Shown here: piece after piece, positions 20,557-30,758 of the stretch
Position numbering within the stretch: position 1 is the stretch's first letter
Layout: each line of letters opens with the position of its first letter
Assembly (NCBI GenBank): GCA_963811105.1
Contig: CAWEPZ010000008.1
Span: forward strand, 7,672 to 71,671
From: Candidatus Bathyarchaeota archaeon
GTDB lineage: Archaea > Thermoproteota > Bathyarchaeia > Bathyarchaeales > Bathycorpusculaceae
DNA length: 64,000 bases
Direction: 5' to 3'
The notes under the pieces: model-generated
Told to the model about the DNA's origin: nothing
Databases searched by the model: none
The model's input: the letters and a program-made list of their open reading frames with translations, nothing else
Translations under genes and position numbers: made by a program

Positions 20557-22083
20557 ATGGAACTCCGAACACAAGAACAACGATTACTATCTGCTTTGGA
20601 GCAAATCGGCGGAAAAGCTACAGTGGAGCAGTTAATTGGCGCTTGCGAGCTCCCCGATACAGCAGTCATGCGCACAGCTTTAACACTTCAGGAAAAAAAA
20701 TGCGTGAACATTCACGCAGAACACCGAAACATCATCAAACTTACAGCTGAAGGAGAGGCATATGCCAAAAGAGGCTTGCCCGAACGTCAACTAATACAAG
20801 CCGTGGCACAGCTTGGCGGAGCCGCAGACCTCAAAAAAGCAGCAGAGAAAGCGGGAATTGAGCAGCAGTTTATCCAGATTTCGCTTGGTTGGGCAATAAG
20901 AAAGAAATGGGCATTCTACACTTCGAGCAACAACAAATTGCGAATTAGTGAGACGTTGGTGCATCTAGCTTTCATTGAGGAAGGTTGTGACGAAACCCTC
21001 CTCAAATACCTGAACGATAAGCATCAAACTGCTTTGGAAGATTTAAGCCCGGAACTGCAGGATGCAGCTGAGCAGCTAAAGAAACGTAAGCTATTGACCA
21101 TTGAACCCAAAACCAGCCGCACAATCCAAATTACTGCAGAAGGCAAATTAGAAGCCGCTGAATCCAAAATAGCCCCAAAAGAAGTCACGCAGCTAACCCC
21201 TGAACTTATAATCACTGGCAAATGGCATAATACAAAACTTCAAAAATACAACATTGAAGCATCAGTGGCCAAAACATGGCCTGGAAAAAAACATCCGTAC
21301 CTGCAATTCCTAGACGAAGTTCGCTCAAAACTTGTCCAGTTAGGTTTTCAGGAAATGACAGGCACCGCTGTTGAAACCAGCTTCTTCAACTTTGATGCAC
21401 TCTATGTTCCTCAGGATCACCCTGCAAGGGAAGATAGTGACATCTACTATACTAATGACCCAACGTTCGGAGATATTAGCAGTCACGCTCAAGCGGTTGA
21501 ACATGTCAGAGAAACGCATGAGAATGGCTGGACAACCGGATCAACAGGATGGGGATATAAATATTCACTTCTAACCGCGCAGCGTCTGATTCTTCGAGGC
21601 CACGGTACTTGTTTGAGCGCAAGAACATTGGAGGGAAAAAACTTTCAAGTTCCAAGTAGACACTTTTCCATTGTAAGGGTTTATCGCCCAGAAATTACCG
21701 ACAAAACTCACCTCTCCGAATTCAACCAGGTCGAAGGCATAATCATAGATGAAAATCTAACCTTAAAAGACCTGCTCGGAGTGCTTGGCAAGTTTGCCAT
21801 GGAAATCGCAGGAGCGGATAAAGTACGCTTCAAACCAGACTATTTCCCATTCACTGAACCCAGTGTTGAACTCAGCGCTTACAAAGAAGGGTATGGTTGG
21901 GTTGAATTCGGCGGCTCAGGAATCTTCCGACCAGAGGTCACCCTGCCTCTTGGCGTAAGACAACCCGTTATAGCATGGGGGCTCGGTGTAGATCGCCTTT
22001 TCATGATGCGCGCCGGCTTAGAAGATATTCGAGAAATTTTCAGCCAAAACCTTGATTGGTTAAGAAAAAAACAGGTGGCCTAA
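20557..22083 (+). CDS. pheS: Phenylalanine--tRNA ligase alpha subunit
   Basis: FNFDALYVPQDHPARE, RVYRPE, EFNQVEG, YFPFTEPS, WGLGVDRL; archaeal N-terminal extension. Confidence 0.97.
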   Translation: MELRTQEQRLLSALEQIGGKATVEQLIGACELPDTAVMRTALTLQEKKCVNIHAEHRNIIKLTAEGEAYAKRGLPERQLIQAVAQLGGAADLKKAAEKAGIEQQFIQISLGWAIRKKWAFYTSSNNKLRISETLVHLAFIEEGCDETLLKYLNDKHQTALEDLSPELQDAAEQLKKRKLLTIEPKTSRTIQITAEGKLEAAESKIAPKEVTQLTPELIITGKWHNTKLQKYNIEASVAKTWPGKKHPYLQFLDEVRSKLVQLGFQEMTGTAVETSFFNFDALYVPQDHPAREDSDIYYTNDPTFGDISSHAQAVEHVRETHENGWTTGSTGWGYKYSLLTAQRLILRGHGTCLSARTLEGKNFQVPSRHFSIVRVYRPEITDKTHLSEFNQVEGIIIDENLTLKDLLGVLGKFAMEIAGADKVRFKPDYFPFTEPSVELSAYKEGYGWVEFGGSGIFRPEVTLPLGVRQPVIAWGLGVDRLFMMRAGLEDIREIFSQNLDWLRKKQVA

Positions 22084-23790
22084 ATGCCAACAATCGACGT
22101 AGACTACAACGAACTTGAACGTTTACTAAACATAAAATTAGACGGCAACATGGAAAAATTAGATGACATTCTTGCCAATATTAAAGGAGAAGTCAAGCTC
22201 TACAACCAAAAAGAAAGCATAGTTAGCATAGAGATGAAAGACACAAATCGCCCAGACCTCTGGAGCATTGAAGGTTTAGCGCGAGGCTTACGCTCCTACC
22301 TCAACGAGGAAAAAGGGTTAAAACAATATACAGTAGGCAAACCATTAATTGAAGTAAATGTTGAAGCAGCGCTTTACAATATTCGACCCTACATTTGTTG
22401 TTCAATCATAAAAGACATCCATCTAACCGACAATACAATTAAAGGAATCATGCACCTGCAAGACAAACTGGACCAAACCTTTGGCCGAAACCGCCAGAAA
22501 ACCTCAATCGGGATATACAACTTTGACTTAATCGAGCCACCGATAGAGTACAATGCAGTTAAGCCTGCAGATACCAGCTTTGTTCCTTTGGGATTCACTG
22601 AAAAAATGGGTTTAGATGAGATTCTTGAAAAACACCCAAAAGGCATAGAGTATGGTAACATTGTCAAGAAAAATGCGCTTTATCCAATGTTATTCGACTC
22701 GGTAGGCAAAGTTCTGTCTTTCCCGCCAATCATAAACTCTAACGATTTGGGCAAAATCACAGAGGACTCTAGAAATTTGCTGGTAGAAGTTACAGGAACC
22801 CTGCACAAAACCGTTCTAAATACACTTGATTTAGTTACCGCGGCGCTAATTGACCGAGGCGGAGAAGCTTACTCAGCAACAATCAATTATCCAGAAAGCA
22901 CAATGTACCAACAGCAAACAGTGATAACGCCAGATTTTAGTAGCGGATGCATGCGGTTGAGTGTAGAATATACGAATAAGCTTTTGGGCCTCAAGCTTTC
23001 AGCAAAAGAAATTGTAGAGTTGTTGCTGACGGCAGGCTTAGGCACATCCAAGGCTCAAGGTGACAATGTAGATGTGGTTGTTCCATTCTACCGAGTTGAC
23101 GTAATGCATCAAGTTGACATAATTGAGGACGTCGCGATAGCTTTTGGCTACAATAATATTGAGCCATTTTGGCGTGAACTGGCGACAACTGGATGTGAAA
23201 AACCTGACCAACGCCTAATTAACGTCGCCCGAGAGTTAATTGTTGGTTTGGGCTACCAAGAAATCTTAACCTACACACTAACAAACAATGAAAGCCTCTT
23301 TGACAAGATGAACAAAGAAAAAATCAAGATAGTGCAACTCTCAAACCCCAAATTAGCAACCATGACCTGCCTTCGAAACTGGCTCCTTCCAAGCATAATG
23401 GAGTTTCTAAGCAACAACCAATCCGTAGAGTTTCCACAAAAAATCTTCGAACTGGGCAAAGTCACCCAGCCCGACGAAGCAAAAGAAACTAAAACAAGGG
23501 ACGAAGAATGGCTCTGCGCCGCAACAGCACATCCAAACTCAAACTTTAGTGAAATCAAATCTGCACTTGATTCGTTTTTTGTGAATTATGGGGTTGATTG
23601 GCGTATAAAAGAGACTGCGCATCCAAGCTTTATTGAAGGCAGAGTTGGCGCAGTAATCGTTGGCAACGATGAAGTTGGATTTGTCGGTGAAATTAACCCG
23701 TTTGTACTTGAGGCGTGGAATCTTGAAAATCCAGTGGCGGCTTTTGAAATTAACCTGCAAAGAATTTTGGAGAGCAAACTAGACAAATAA
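22084..23790 (+). CDS. pheT: Phenylalanine--tRNA ligase beta subunit
   Basis: NRPDLWS, LSFPPIINS, YRVDVMHQVDIIEDVAIAFGYNNI; directly follows pheS. Confidence 0.97.
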   Translation: MPTIDVDYNELERLLNIKLDGNMEKLDDILANIKGEVKLYNQKESIVSIEMKDTNRPDLWSIEGLARGLRSYLNEEKGLKQYTVGKPLIEVNVEAALYNIRPYICCSIIKDIHLTDNTIKGIMHLQDKLDQTFGRNRQKTSIGIYNFDLIEPPIEYNAVKPADTSFVPLGFTEKMGLDEILEKHPKGIEYGNIVKKNALYPMLFDSVGKVLSFPPIINSNDLGKITEDSRNLLVEVTGTLHKTVLNTLDLVTAALIDRGGEAYSATINYPESTMYQQQTVITPDFSSGCMRLSVEYTNKLLGLKLSAKEIVELLLTAGLGTSKAQGDNVDVVVPFYRVDVMHQVDIIEDVAIAFGYNNIEPFWRELATTGCEKPDQRLINVARELIVGLGYQEILTYTLTNNESLFDKMNKEKIKIVQLSNPKLATMTCLRNWLLPSIMEFLSNNQSVEFPQKIFELGKVTQPDEAKETKTRDEEWLCAATAHPNSNFSEIKSALDSFFVNYGVDWRIKETAHPSFIEGRVGAVIVGNDEVGFVGEINPFVLEAWNLENPVAAFEINLQRILESKLDK

Positions 23791-23860
23791 CAATAATGTT
23801 TAGCAAGTAGGACCAGGTTATCTGCTAGGGCTAAATTCTAACTTGCGCTCTGTGTAAGTG

Positions 23861-24652
23861 TTAAAACCATGATAGAGTTCCATTTTTTCTCGCGTTTTTT
23901 AGGCACCATGTGTAAATGCCGTATCCTAATGGCACAATTATTGCGCACATTAGTGTCAGCACAAGCAGGTCAGGAAGTATCATTTGGATTGTCCAACCTG
24001 TAAGCATGAGTCTAATGCACTTGAAGAAGTAGTATTGGGGTAAGACGTAAGAAATAGCTTGCAGCACAGACGGCAGAACTTGTGGGGGAAAAAGAACGTT
24101 TCCAAACAAGCTAGTCAAAATTGTTATGAGTGCAGTTACAGGGTCTCCTTGCTTAGTTAATATCAGGATGCCAGAGCCAATCATGCTAAAACCGATGAAT
24201 GCGCTAATTCCTAAGGCTACCACAATAATTGTTCCTAAAATGTTAATGCTTAAAGATACACCAAAAATAAACACGCCAATGGCAAGGTAAACCGCCACTG
24301 TTCCTGTACTCCAAATGAAGCCCCAAATAGAGCTGCCAACTATGAAGGTTGTTAAGCTTGTTGGCGAAACCAATACTTCTTCCAGTGCCCAAGGATTAAT
24401 CGTTTTCTGCACTAAGGTTAAGCTTTGAGTTAAATAACTGCTAAAGGCTAAGCCGATAAGTAAGTACGTGGTTAAATTCATATTATAATTTTGAAGTACG
24501 CTTTGCATGGATGCATTTGATCCAAGATAAGCAAACGATAGGGCACCAAAAACTGCCGTAAAAATAAGTATGGCCATGTTTGTCTTGTAAGTTGAGAAGC
24601 TGATTATGTCTCTCTTCATGAAATAATAGATTTTTTCGAGTTCCTCAAACAT
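23861..24652 (-). CDS. ABC-2 type exporter permease
   Basis: Six TM helices, LEEVLVSP, FGNVLFP..LP..LQAIS..LP.YY. Confidence 0.88.
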   Translation of the reverse strand: MFEELEKIYYFMKRDIISFSTYKTNMAILIFTAVFGALSFAYLGSNASMQSVLQNYNMNLTTYLLIGLAFSSYLTQSLTLVQKTINPWALEEVLVSPTSLTTFIVGSSIWGFIWSTGTVAVYLAIGVFIFGVSLSINILGTIIVVALGISAFIGFSMIGSGILILTKQGDPVTALITILTSLFGNVLFPPQVLPSVLQAISYVLPQYYFFKCIRLMLTGWTIQMILPDLLVLTLMCAIIVPLGYGIYTWCLKNARKNGTLSWF

Positions 24653-24654
24653 AT

Positions 24655-25665
24655 TTATGCTCTCTTCGTTAATTCGATAAAGGCATCTTCTAAAGTGGGC
24701 TCTTCCCGCTTGAAATTTACAAGCTTTATTTTTTGTTTGAATAAGAAATCAAAGATTGAAGGCAACTGATCAACATTTTTTAGTTCCACGCATAATGCCC
24801 TTTGATTAGGCGCCAAGTCACGTTCACTTTTTTCTGTTAAGGTGATTACTCCTATTAAAGAACGCAACTGTTCAACTTGACTTTCGGTGATATCTTCGAG
24901 TAATAGGTAAATCAGTTCCTCTTTCTTTATTTTCGCCCTCAATGCACCCGGTGTGTCACAGGCAACTATTTTTCCCTGCTTTAGGATCCCTATCCTGCTG
25001 CAGATTTGGGCTGCCTCCTCAATATAATGTGTGGTATAAAGCACTGTTTTGCCTGACTCCTCAACAGTCTTTTTAACAAATTCCCGAATATTCCTTGAAG
25101 ATATAACATCTAAACCAGTTGTGGGTTCATCTAAAAGAATAACAGGCGGGTCGGGAAGCAGCGTTCGTGCAAGACTTAGTTTTCTCTTCATCCCGCCAGA
25201 ATACCTTTGGTAGAGGTCAAAAGCGCTATTCTCCAAACCAACCAACTTCATCACTTCCAAAATTCGCTCATGCCGCTTCTGTCTTGGCACATTGTATATT
25301 GAAGCGAAAAACTCCAAATTTCTGTAACCGTTAAGTCTCCAAAAGAAACCTCTCTCTCCAACACTAAACAATGTACCCAAAGACTTCTTAACTTTCATTG
25401 GCTCTTTTACTATATCATAACCGTTGATTAGTGCCGTTCCTCCATCGGGAGGAAGAAGAGTGCATAGCATCTTGACCAGCGTTGTTTTTCCTGCACCGTT
25501 TGGACCAAGTAACCCGAAAAGCTCTCCTTTCTTAATTTCGATGTTGAGGTTGTCGATGGCGTTTACTGAAACAGTTTTGCGCCTAAAAAAACCAGTTTCG
25601 GAACTATTTTTTGATTTGAATGTTTTTGTCAGGTTAATCGTTTGGATGGCGTTTTCGTTTTGCAA
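24655..25665 (-). CDS. ABC exporter ATP-binding subunit
   Basis: Walker A GPNGAGKT, signature YSGGM, Walker B ILLDEPT, C-terminal EPTLEDAF. Confidence 0.93.
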   Translation of the reverse strand: MQNENAIQTINLTKTFKSKNSSETGFFRRKTVSVNAIDNLNIEIKKGELFGLLGPNGAGKTTLVKMLCTLLPPDGGTALINGYDIVKEPMKVKKSLGTLFSVGERGFFWRLNGYRNLEFFASIYNVPRQKRHERILEVMKLVGLENSAFDLYQRYSGGMKRKLSLARTLLPDPPVILLDEPTTGLDVISSRNIREFVKKTVEESGKTVLYTTHYIEEAAQICSRIGILKQGKIVACDTPGALRAKIKKEELIYLLLEDITESQVEQLRSLIGVITLTEKSERDLAPNQRALCVELKNVDQLPSIFDFLFKQKIKLVNFKREEPTLEDAFIELTKRA

Positions 25666-25737
25666 TCATTAAACCTCGAGTCTTGCCTGATTTACCATAA
25701 TTATCAATCTAATAATGTTGCATAAATTGTTTAAATC

Positions 25738-26670
25738 TTAGAATTTGTGAATCCATGGAAGAAGTTGCTGTGCATTCTCTGGTTTTTCTGTAAGAGGCAA
25801 TTGCAAGTAAGCGCCGTGCCTATTGAAGTATGGTGCGCCTTTCCTTGAAAACAGAGTTAAAACTCTGCCGTGATGGTTAATTTTGAAGCCCTCCTCGCTT
25901 GATTCATGACCCCGGATAAGGATTTTAGCGTTCAAATTCCCAAGAACCTCCTCGGTTACTTTTCTTCCAAAAAGCTTTCCGGCACCCCTCGGCGAAGCTG
26001 AGACGCCCTGCAAACGCTCCTTTGGGTCGCTCCAAAGCAAATCTTCAAGCAAAGCTTCGTTTTGTTTTTCTTGAGCTTGGGCAATATCTTGGAGATTATT
26101 GATTTCTGGCGACACGCCACCGTGAACCATCAAGTAGCGATCCTTAACGAACAAGGCGTTATAGAAATAAGCCCACAAAGATTGGATCTTCTCGTAGGCT
26201 ATCTCCCAGTCTTCGCCAAACCTGTTTTGGAATTGAAAAGGCAAATCATGTGGTTCACCTATCAGATTTTTTGGGGCTTCATGGTTCCCCCGCAACAGAA
26301 TTACTTGTTTTGGAAAAACAAGCTTAAGCTTCAAAACTGCATAGTAGACTTCAGCAGATTTTATGCCTCGGTCTCCATAGTCGCCTAAGAATATCAGTGT
26401 GGCATCCTCATTTTTCTCCATTACCTCTAAAAAATGGCTTTCTTGAAGGATAATTACTAAACTTTCTAAATCTCCATGTAAATCGCCAACGACTAATGCT
26501 TCGCCTAACGGTTCAAGTGTAACTAAACGATTCACAATTGTTAGATTGCCCACTTGCCCAGTTTCGTCCCGCAACAGGGATGTGACTGTTTCAACTGATT
26601 TGATGAATACATCGCTTGGAGCCCCTAATGCTTCTCCAATAAGTGAAGACAAATCCAAAGGACGCGCCAC
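25738..26670 (-). CDS. PPP-family Ser/Thr protein phosphatase
   Basis: GDLHG, GDYGDRG, RGNHE, HGG, DLLWSDP, RGHE motifs. Confidence 0.92.
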   Translation of the reverse strand: MARPLDLSSLIGEALGAPSDVFIKSVETVTSLLRDETGQVGNLTIVNRLVTLEPLGEALVVGDLHGDLESLVIILQESHFLEVMEKNEDATLIFLGDYGDRGIKSAEVYYAVLKLKLVFPKQVILLRGNHEAPKNLIGEPHDLPFQFQNRFGEDWEIAYEKIQSLWAYFYNALFVKDRYLMVHGGVSPEINNLQDIAQAQEKQNEALLEDLLWSDPKERLQGVSASPRGAGKLFGRKVTEEVLGNLNAKILIRGHESSEEGFKINHHGRVLTLFSRKGAPYFNRHGAYLQLPLTEKPENAQQLLPWIHKF

Positions 26671-27923
26671 TACGATATTTGAACTTTAATGTTAATTGAA
26701 TTAAGTATGTTTCTTTCAATGGATCGCTTTAGACTAGTGATTTTGTCAACTGCGTCATCATAGGAGTTTTCCTTAACAGTTTCATGCGTTTCGATACTTG
26801 TTTTCCTGGCTTTAAGCAAGTCAACCTGTTCTTGAAAAGTGTTGAGACTTTGCTTTATCTCGTCCATTTTCGCAGAAGCAATCAGCAATTCCTTTGTGTT
26901 TGCCATTTCCTTGCTTCTGATTTGGAGCTTCGCAAGCGAGTTTTGTTTTAGAATTTCCTTTATTGACTGCTCAGCTTTGCGTGCTTTATCCTGTTTTAGT
27001 TTCAATTTGTCTTCTGCAATTAAACCTTCAAGCTTCTGCAAAATCTCTTTTAGCAATGGGTAATCGTCTAGTTCGCTTGTTAGCGCTTCGAAAGGTGTCT
27101 CTAAATAATGGTTGACTTTGCTGAGCTCATCTGGAGTTACTCCTGCTCCGCCTCCCGATATAGCTAATGCTTGCATTTTAATGAAGGGTTTTTGCAGATG
27201 CCTAAGCGAATATTTCAATTCGTTGCTTAATGTGTCTATTTCAGCATTAACCATGTTTAGCTTATCAATTGGTCCTTTGTTTTTTAATTCATAAATTCTT
27301 AATTCCAATTCAGCGATATCTCTCTCTACAGGCAAGCGCTCATTCTTTATTTGTTCTTTTTCCTGACCGATGACCTCAAGTTGCTTTTGCACATTTTGTA
27401 GCTCGTTCAGTTGCTGTAAAGCTTCTTCCAAAGTTTTAGTTTTGACGTACTCTTTAGTTAAGAATTCGTTTAACGATTGATTTGCTACCTTAGCCCTTTC
27501 ATATATTGCTAAGAACTTTCTTCTGTCCATGATGAAGAAGGGTGAAATTCGAGGAAACCAATTCTTGATGTCGATATCCATGACTAACATTACCTTTTGA
27601 ATTTCTTGAACATACCTGCTTAGTGTGTCATAACTGATTTCATCAGGCGTCGCAATCTTTTTGAGACGGTCAAGAAACAAATGTGAAAGCTTGTTGAGGG
27701 CTCTGGCCCGATTATAAACTTTCATATTTCTTTTTTCGATTTCTCGTGTGCTGTTATCTAAAAGGATCTTGCTGATGTCGCCAACGCCTTGAAGCGCCAT
27801 GTTCATGTCATCTCTTAGTTTTTTGGCTTGGGCGTGTACAGGCGAGAGGATGGAGCTTGTTTGGTTTTCAAGCCAGCGTTTAACCTCGCTTGTATTGGAG
27901 AACTGAATTGCTTCCGTCAACAT
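26670..27923 (-). CDS. Long coiled-coil protein
   Basis: 417 aa rich in L/E/K/Q heptads; its stop codon overlaps the phosphatase start. Confidence 0.75.
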   Translation of the reverse strand: MLTEAIQFSNTSEVKRWLENQTSSILSPVHAQAKKLRDDMNMALQGVGDISKILLDNSTREIEKRNMKVYNRARALNKLSHLFLDRLKKIATPDEISYDTLSRYVQEIQKVMLVMDIDIKNWFPRISPFFIMDRRKFLAIYERAKVANQSLNEFLTKEYVKTKTLEEALQQLNELQNVQKQLEVIGQEKEQIKNERLPVERDIAELELRIYELKNKGPIDKLNMVNAEIDTLSNELKYSLRHLQKPFIKMQALAISGGGAGVTPDELSKVNHYLETPFEALTSELDDYPLLKEILQKLEGLIAEDKLKLKQDKARKAEQSIKEILKQNSLAKLQIRSKEMANTKELLIASAKMDEIKQSLNTFQEQVDLLKARKTSIETHETVKENSYDDAVDKITSLKRSIERNILNSINIKVQIS

Positions 27924-28036
27924 TATTCCCTGTACAATAGTGTTTATGAGGGCTTATTTATCAATTTTAGCCTAAATTTCACCGCCTTTCAACAAACTCA
28001 TTTTTGAGTAGCTACTCTTAAATAGCTAACGGCTGA

Positions 28037-28657
28037 ATGAAACAACCGAGAAGGGAACTATTATTGAACGCAAAAAAATTGGCATTTATAGTGATGATGG
28101 GAGCACTTGGTAATGTCCTATTTGCAGTCAGTTACTTTGCAGGACCAATAGCTCCTGGAATAGCTCTGGATTTCTCATTAATGGCTGTATTCATAGCCGG
28201 TTTTTTCGTGGGACCCACCGAAGGCATAGTCACAGGAGTTATCGCAGGAATATTGCCTGGGATAATGTTTGGGCCAGCAGGAACAGGCGGATGGTTAGGA
28301 CTCATTGGCTTACCGCTCGGAAAAGCCCTAACAGGCTTAACAGCTGGGTTAGTCGGAAAAAGCATAAACTTGCAAAAACCGCGCTTTTCCCTTCTCGGAA
28401 TTCCGCTGACTTTAGCGGCATATATTCCAGAAGCAATATTCACTTATGCCTACTTTGCGTTTTTACTTCCGCTATTCATACCTACCCAGCTACTTGGAAA
28501 CGCAGTCATAATCACTATCTTGATAAAAGCGGTCGGTGAAGTGCTCATAATGGGCTTCGTAATAGCGGCATTGCTCGGAAACAAAGGCTTCAATAGTTTC
28601 ATCCATTCATTTTTCGGTAAGCCACAAAAAACACTAACAAATGTGACTGCCCCATAA
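28037..28657 (+). CDS. ECF transporter substrate-binding S component
   Basis: Six hydrophobic segments; AFIVMMGAL and LDFS..AVFIAGFFVGP..G..TG pattern of S components. Confidence 0.8.
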   Translation: MKQPRRELLLNAKKLAFIVMMGALGNVLFAVSYFAGPIAPGIALDFSLMAVFIAGFFVGPTEGIVTGVIAGILPGIMFGPAGTGGWLGLIGLPLGKALTGLTAGLVGKSINLQKPRFSLLGIPLTLAAYIPEAIFTYAYFAFLLPLFIPTQLLGNAVIITILIKAVGEVLIMGFVIAALLGNKGFNSFIHSFFGKPQKTLTNVTAP

Positions 28658-28682
28658 AACGTTTTTTTTAACGAAAAGAAAT

Positions 28683-29642
28683 TTAGAATCCTAAGGATTG
28701 CGCTAGCACCTTAGGGTTGATTTGTCCTGCTTTGAAGGTTCTTCCAGTTTTAGCATTGTTAATTATTAGTATTGCTGGGGCGAATAAGCCGTGGTCTATT
28801 TTGTAGAAGTCTTTGTCTGCTTCTCGGAAAATCTGCAGGAATGGTTTACCGTAATCTTTTGAAGCCATTGATGGCGCCTGCTGCATAATATTTTGCAGAG
28901 CTGCTTCATCATCATGGTCAACTGTGCAGTACACTGTTCCTCCGTAGAGGATGGCGTCGTTTGTTCGTGCCATTGCAACTTCAAAATCTGTCCCCAGCGG
29001 CGGGATAGGTGCATATCCAAACGCGTGACGGATAACCTTGGGGCTTAAGCCAAGAGTACGAAGCTTATGAATACCTACTTCAACTACTCTTCCAGCAACC
29101 TGAGTTAATCCAGCAATACTTGCGGTTGGAGCAACAACGATAATTAGGTTTTCTGTTTTGATATTGCTTGCAATTGTCACTTTTTCAATTAGCACATCTG
29201 AGGGCAAAGTGTTGCTTTCCAAAGTAAGCACCGCTTTGTCGCTTTGATCTCTGTAGCCAATTTCCTCAAAAATGTCTTTAGGCTTCAGGGCCAAGGCGCG
29301 AACTGGGCCTGACCCGATAGCTATTTGGTCACCGTCTTTTATGCGCCAGCCAGCAAACTGAGAGCCTAACGCTGCAATCGCCGGGTGATCTGTGCTGACA
29401 GTGATTGATGGGAAGGTTAAGTCGCCGTAGGATTTGAATCCAAGTTGAGCTTTTCCAACGCCTCCCATGCAGAGTTCGGTTAGTTTTTTGCCTGCTTGAA
29501 AGCCTCCGGGAGCCTTGACTCCCGCGTCGATTACGGTGGCTCCAGCAGTTGATTTTGAGACTGTTACACCGTAAAATTCTGGGTTATCGATAAGTTTTTG
29601 GGCTATTTTCCAAGCCATTTGGTTTACGCTTAACGTAGCCAT
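28683..29642 (-). CDS. mch: Methenyltetrahydromethanopterin cyclohydrolase
   Basis: TELCMGG, TDHPAIAALGSQFAGW, GSGPVRALALKP, RTNDAILYGG, DFYKID..LFAPA. Confidence 0.95.
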   Translation of the reverse strand: MATLSVNQMAWKIAQKLIDNPEFYGVTVSKSTAGATVIDAGVKAPGGFQAGKKLTELCMGGVGKAQLGFKSYGDLTFPSITVSTDHPAIAALGSQFAGWRIKDGDQIAIGSGPVRALALKPKDIFEEIGYRDQSDKAVLTLESNTLPSDVLIEKVTIASNIKTENLIIVVAPTASIAGLTQVAGRVVEVGIHKLRTLGLSPKVIRHAFGYAPIPPLGTDFEVAMARTNDAILYGGTVYCTVDHDDEAALQNIMQQAPSMASKDYGKPFLQIFREADKDFYKIDHGLFAPAILIINNAKTGRTFKAGQINPKVLAQSLGF

Positions 29643-29714
29643 GACTTTTCACTTCATCTAGCGTATTGTTGATTTGTTTTTTCATATTAACTTAACGCTG
29701 AAAATGCTCAAGTG

Positions 29715-30662
29715 CTACGGTCTGTATCCGTTAAGAGTGCAAAGCGCCAAAGCTGCTGCCGTCAAATCCGCGGTAGTCCCAGGATTACACTTGTTTTGGG
29801 ATAAACGCAGTTTCTTATCGAGCTCTTTGAGAGTTTTTGTACCTTCTTCGGTTTCTAAACCACCAAGCTCTAAAACAGCCTTTGCCTCCTGTGACACTTC
29901 TTGCGCTTTTTTGATGCCGACTTTTCTTGCTATGAAGGTGTCAGGGCGATTTGACAGAATTTTTAGGAAAGAGTGAACGACGGCAGTGTTAAAAGGCTTA
30001 GTTTTTAGCTGTTCAGTAAGGTATGGGTAGGCTAAATCGAAGGTTATGGGATAATTGTTTATCCATTCATAGCAGATGTCATCGTAGTTTTCGCCGATTT
30101 TGAAAACCTCAAACAAAGTGACGTTATCTCGCATCAAGAGTTCTTTGGAAGCGGGGTCGGTTACATCAAGTTCAATCGATTTGTTAAGACCACTCGGACT
30201 AGCTATATCTACTGCCTCATAGAGGTGTACGGAATCCCAAGCGGTTGTTGCTCTAATGACAAGATCAATATTTTTGCGCAATTGAGAGAAGTCGAAGCTT
30301 TCATTTTTTTTGGTTAGTGTCATTCCTGCGGCGACAGCAATTGGCATAAACAGCATTATGGTGCCGAGAATCGTGTTTCCACCCCTCTGCCAATCGTTAA
30401 CGTCGCTCGCGCAGGTTTTGACAAGTTGACCCAGACCTACTTCACCGATACCAAGCTTGTTTTTGGCCACTAAAGCTCCTCGAATTGCCGCTTCTTGGAT
30501 AGTTGTCCCTGCAGCAATGGCTGAAGCCAAAAAATGTTGGCACGTTGTCTTCTCAAAACTCGATGTTAGATTGACGTTACCGGGCTTTTCTGCACTGACC
30601 TCTAAGAGTATAGCCAATTGGAGGCATTTTGAGATGTGTTGTGCTTTTTCTTGGTTACTCAT
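29715..30662 (-). CDS. citG: Triphosphoribosyl-dephospho-CoA synthase-like protein (CitG/MdcB family; archaeal Orf7 type)
   Basis: LLEVSAEKPGNV, GGNTILG, PDTFIARKVG, NPGTTADL; start taken at MSNQEK (ATG 30662). Confidence 0.85.
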   Translation of the reverse strand: MSNQEKAQHISKCLQLAILLEVSAEKPGNVNLTSSFEKTTCQHFLASAIAAGTTIQEAAIRGALVAKNKLGIGEVGLGQLVKTCASDVNDWQRGGNTILGTIMLFMPIAVAAGMTLTKKNESFDFSQLRKNIDLVIRATTAWDSVHLYEAVDIASPSGLNKSIELDVTDPASKELLMRDNVTLFEVFKIGENYDDICYEWINNYPITFDLAYPYLTEQLKTKPFNTAVVHSFLKILSNRPDTFIARKVGIKKAQEVSQEAKAVLELGGLETEEGTKTLKELDKKLRLSQNKCNPGTTADLTAAALALCTLNGYRP

Positions 30663-30758
30663 AGTTCTACGTGTAAAGTGGTTTAAAGAAGGTTTATTAA
30701 ACTTTGCAAAAAAGTACAAGCATTCGAAAAACACATAGATTAGACTTGAGGGATAAGT

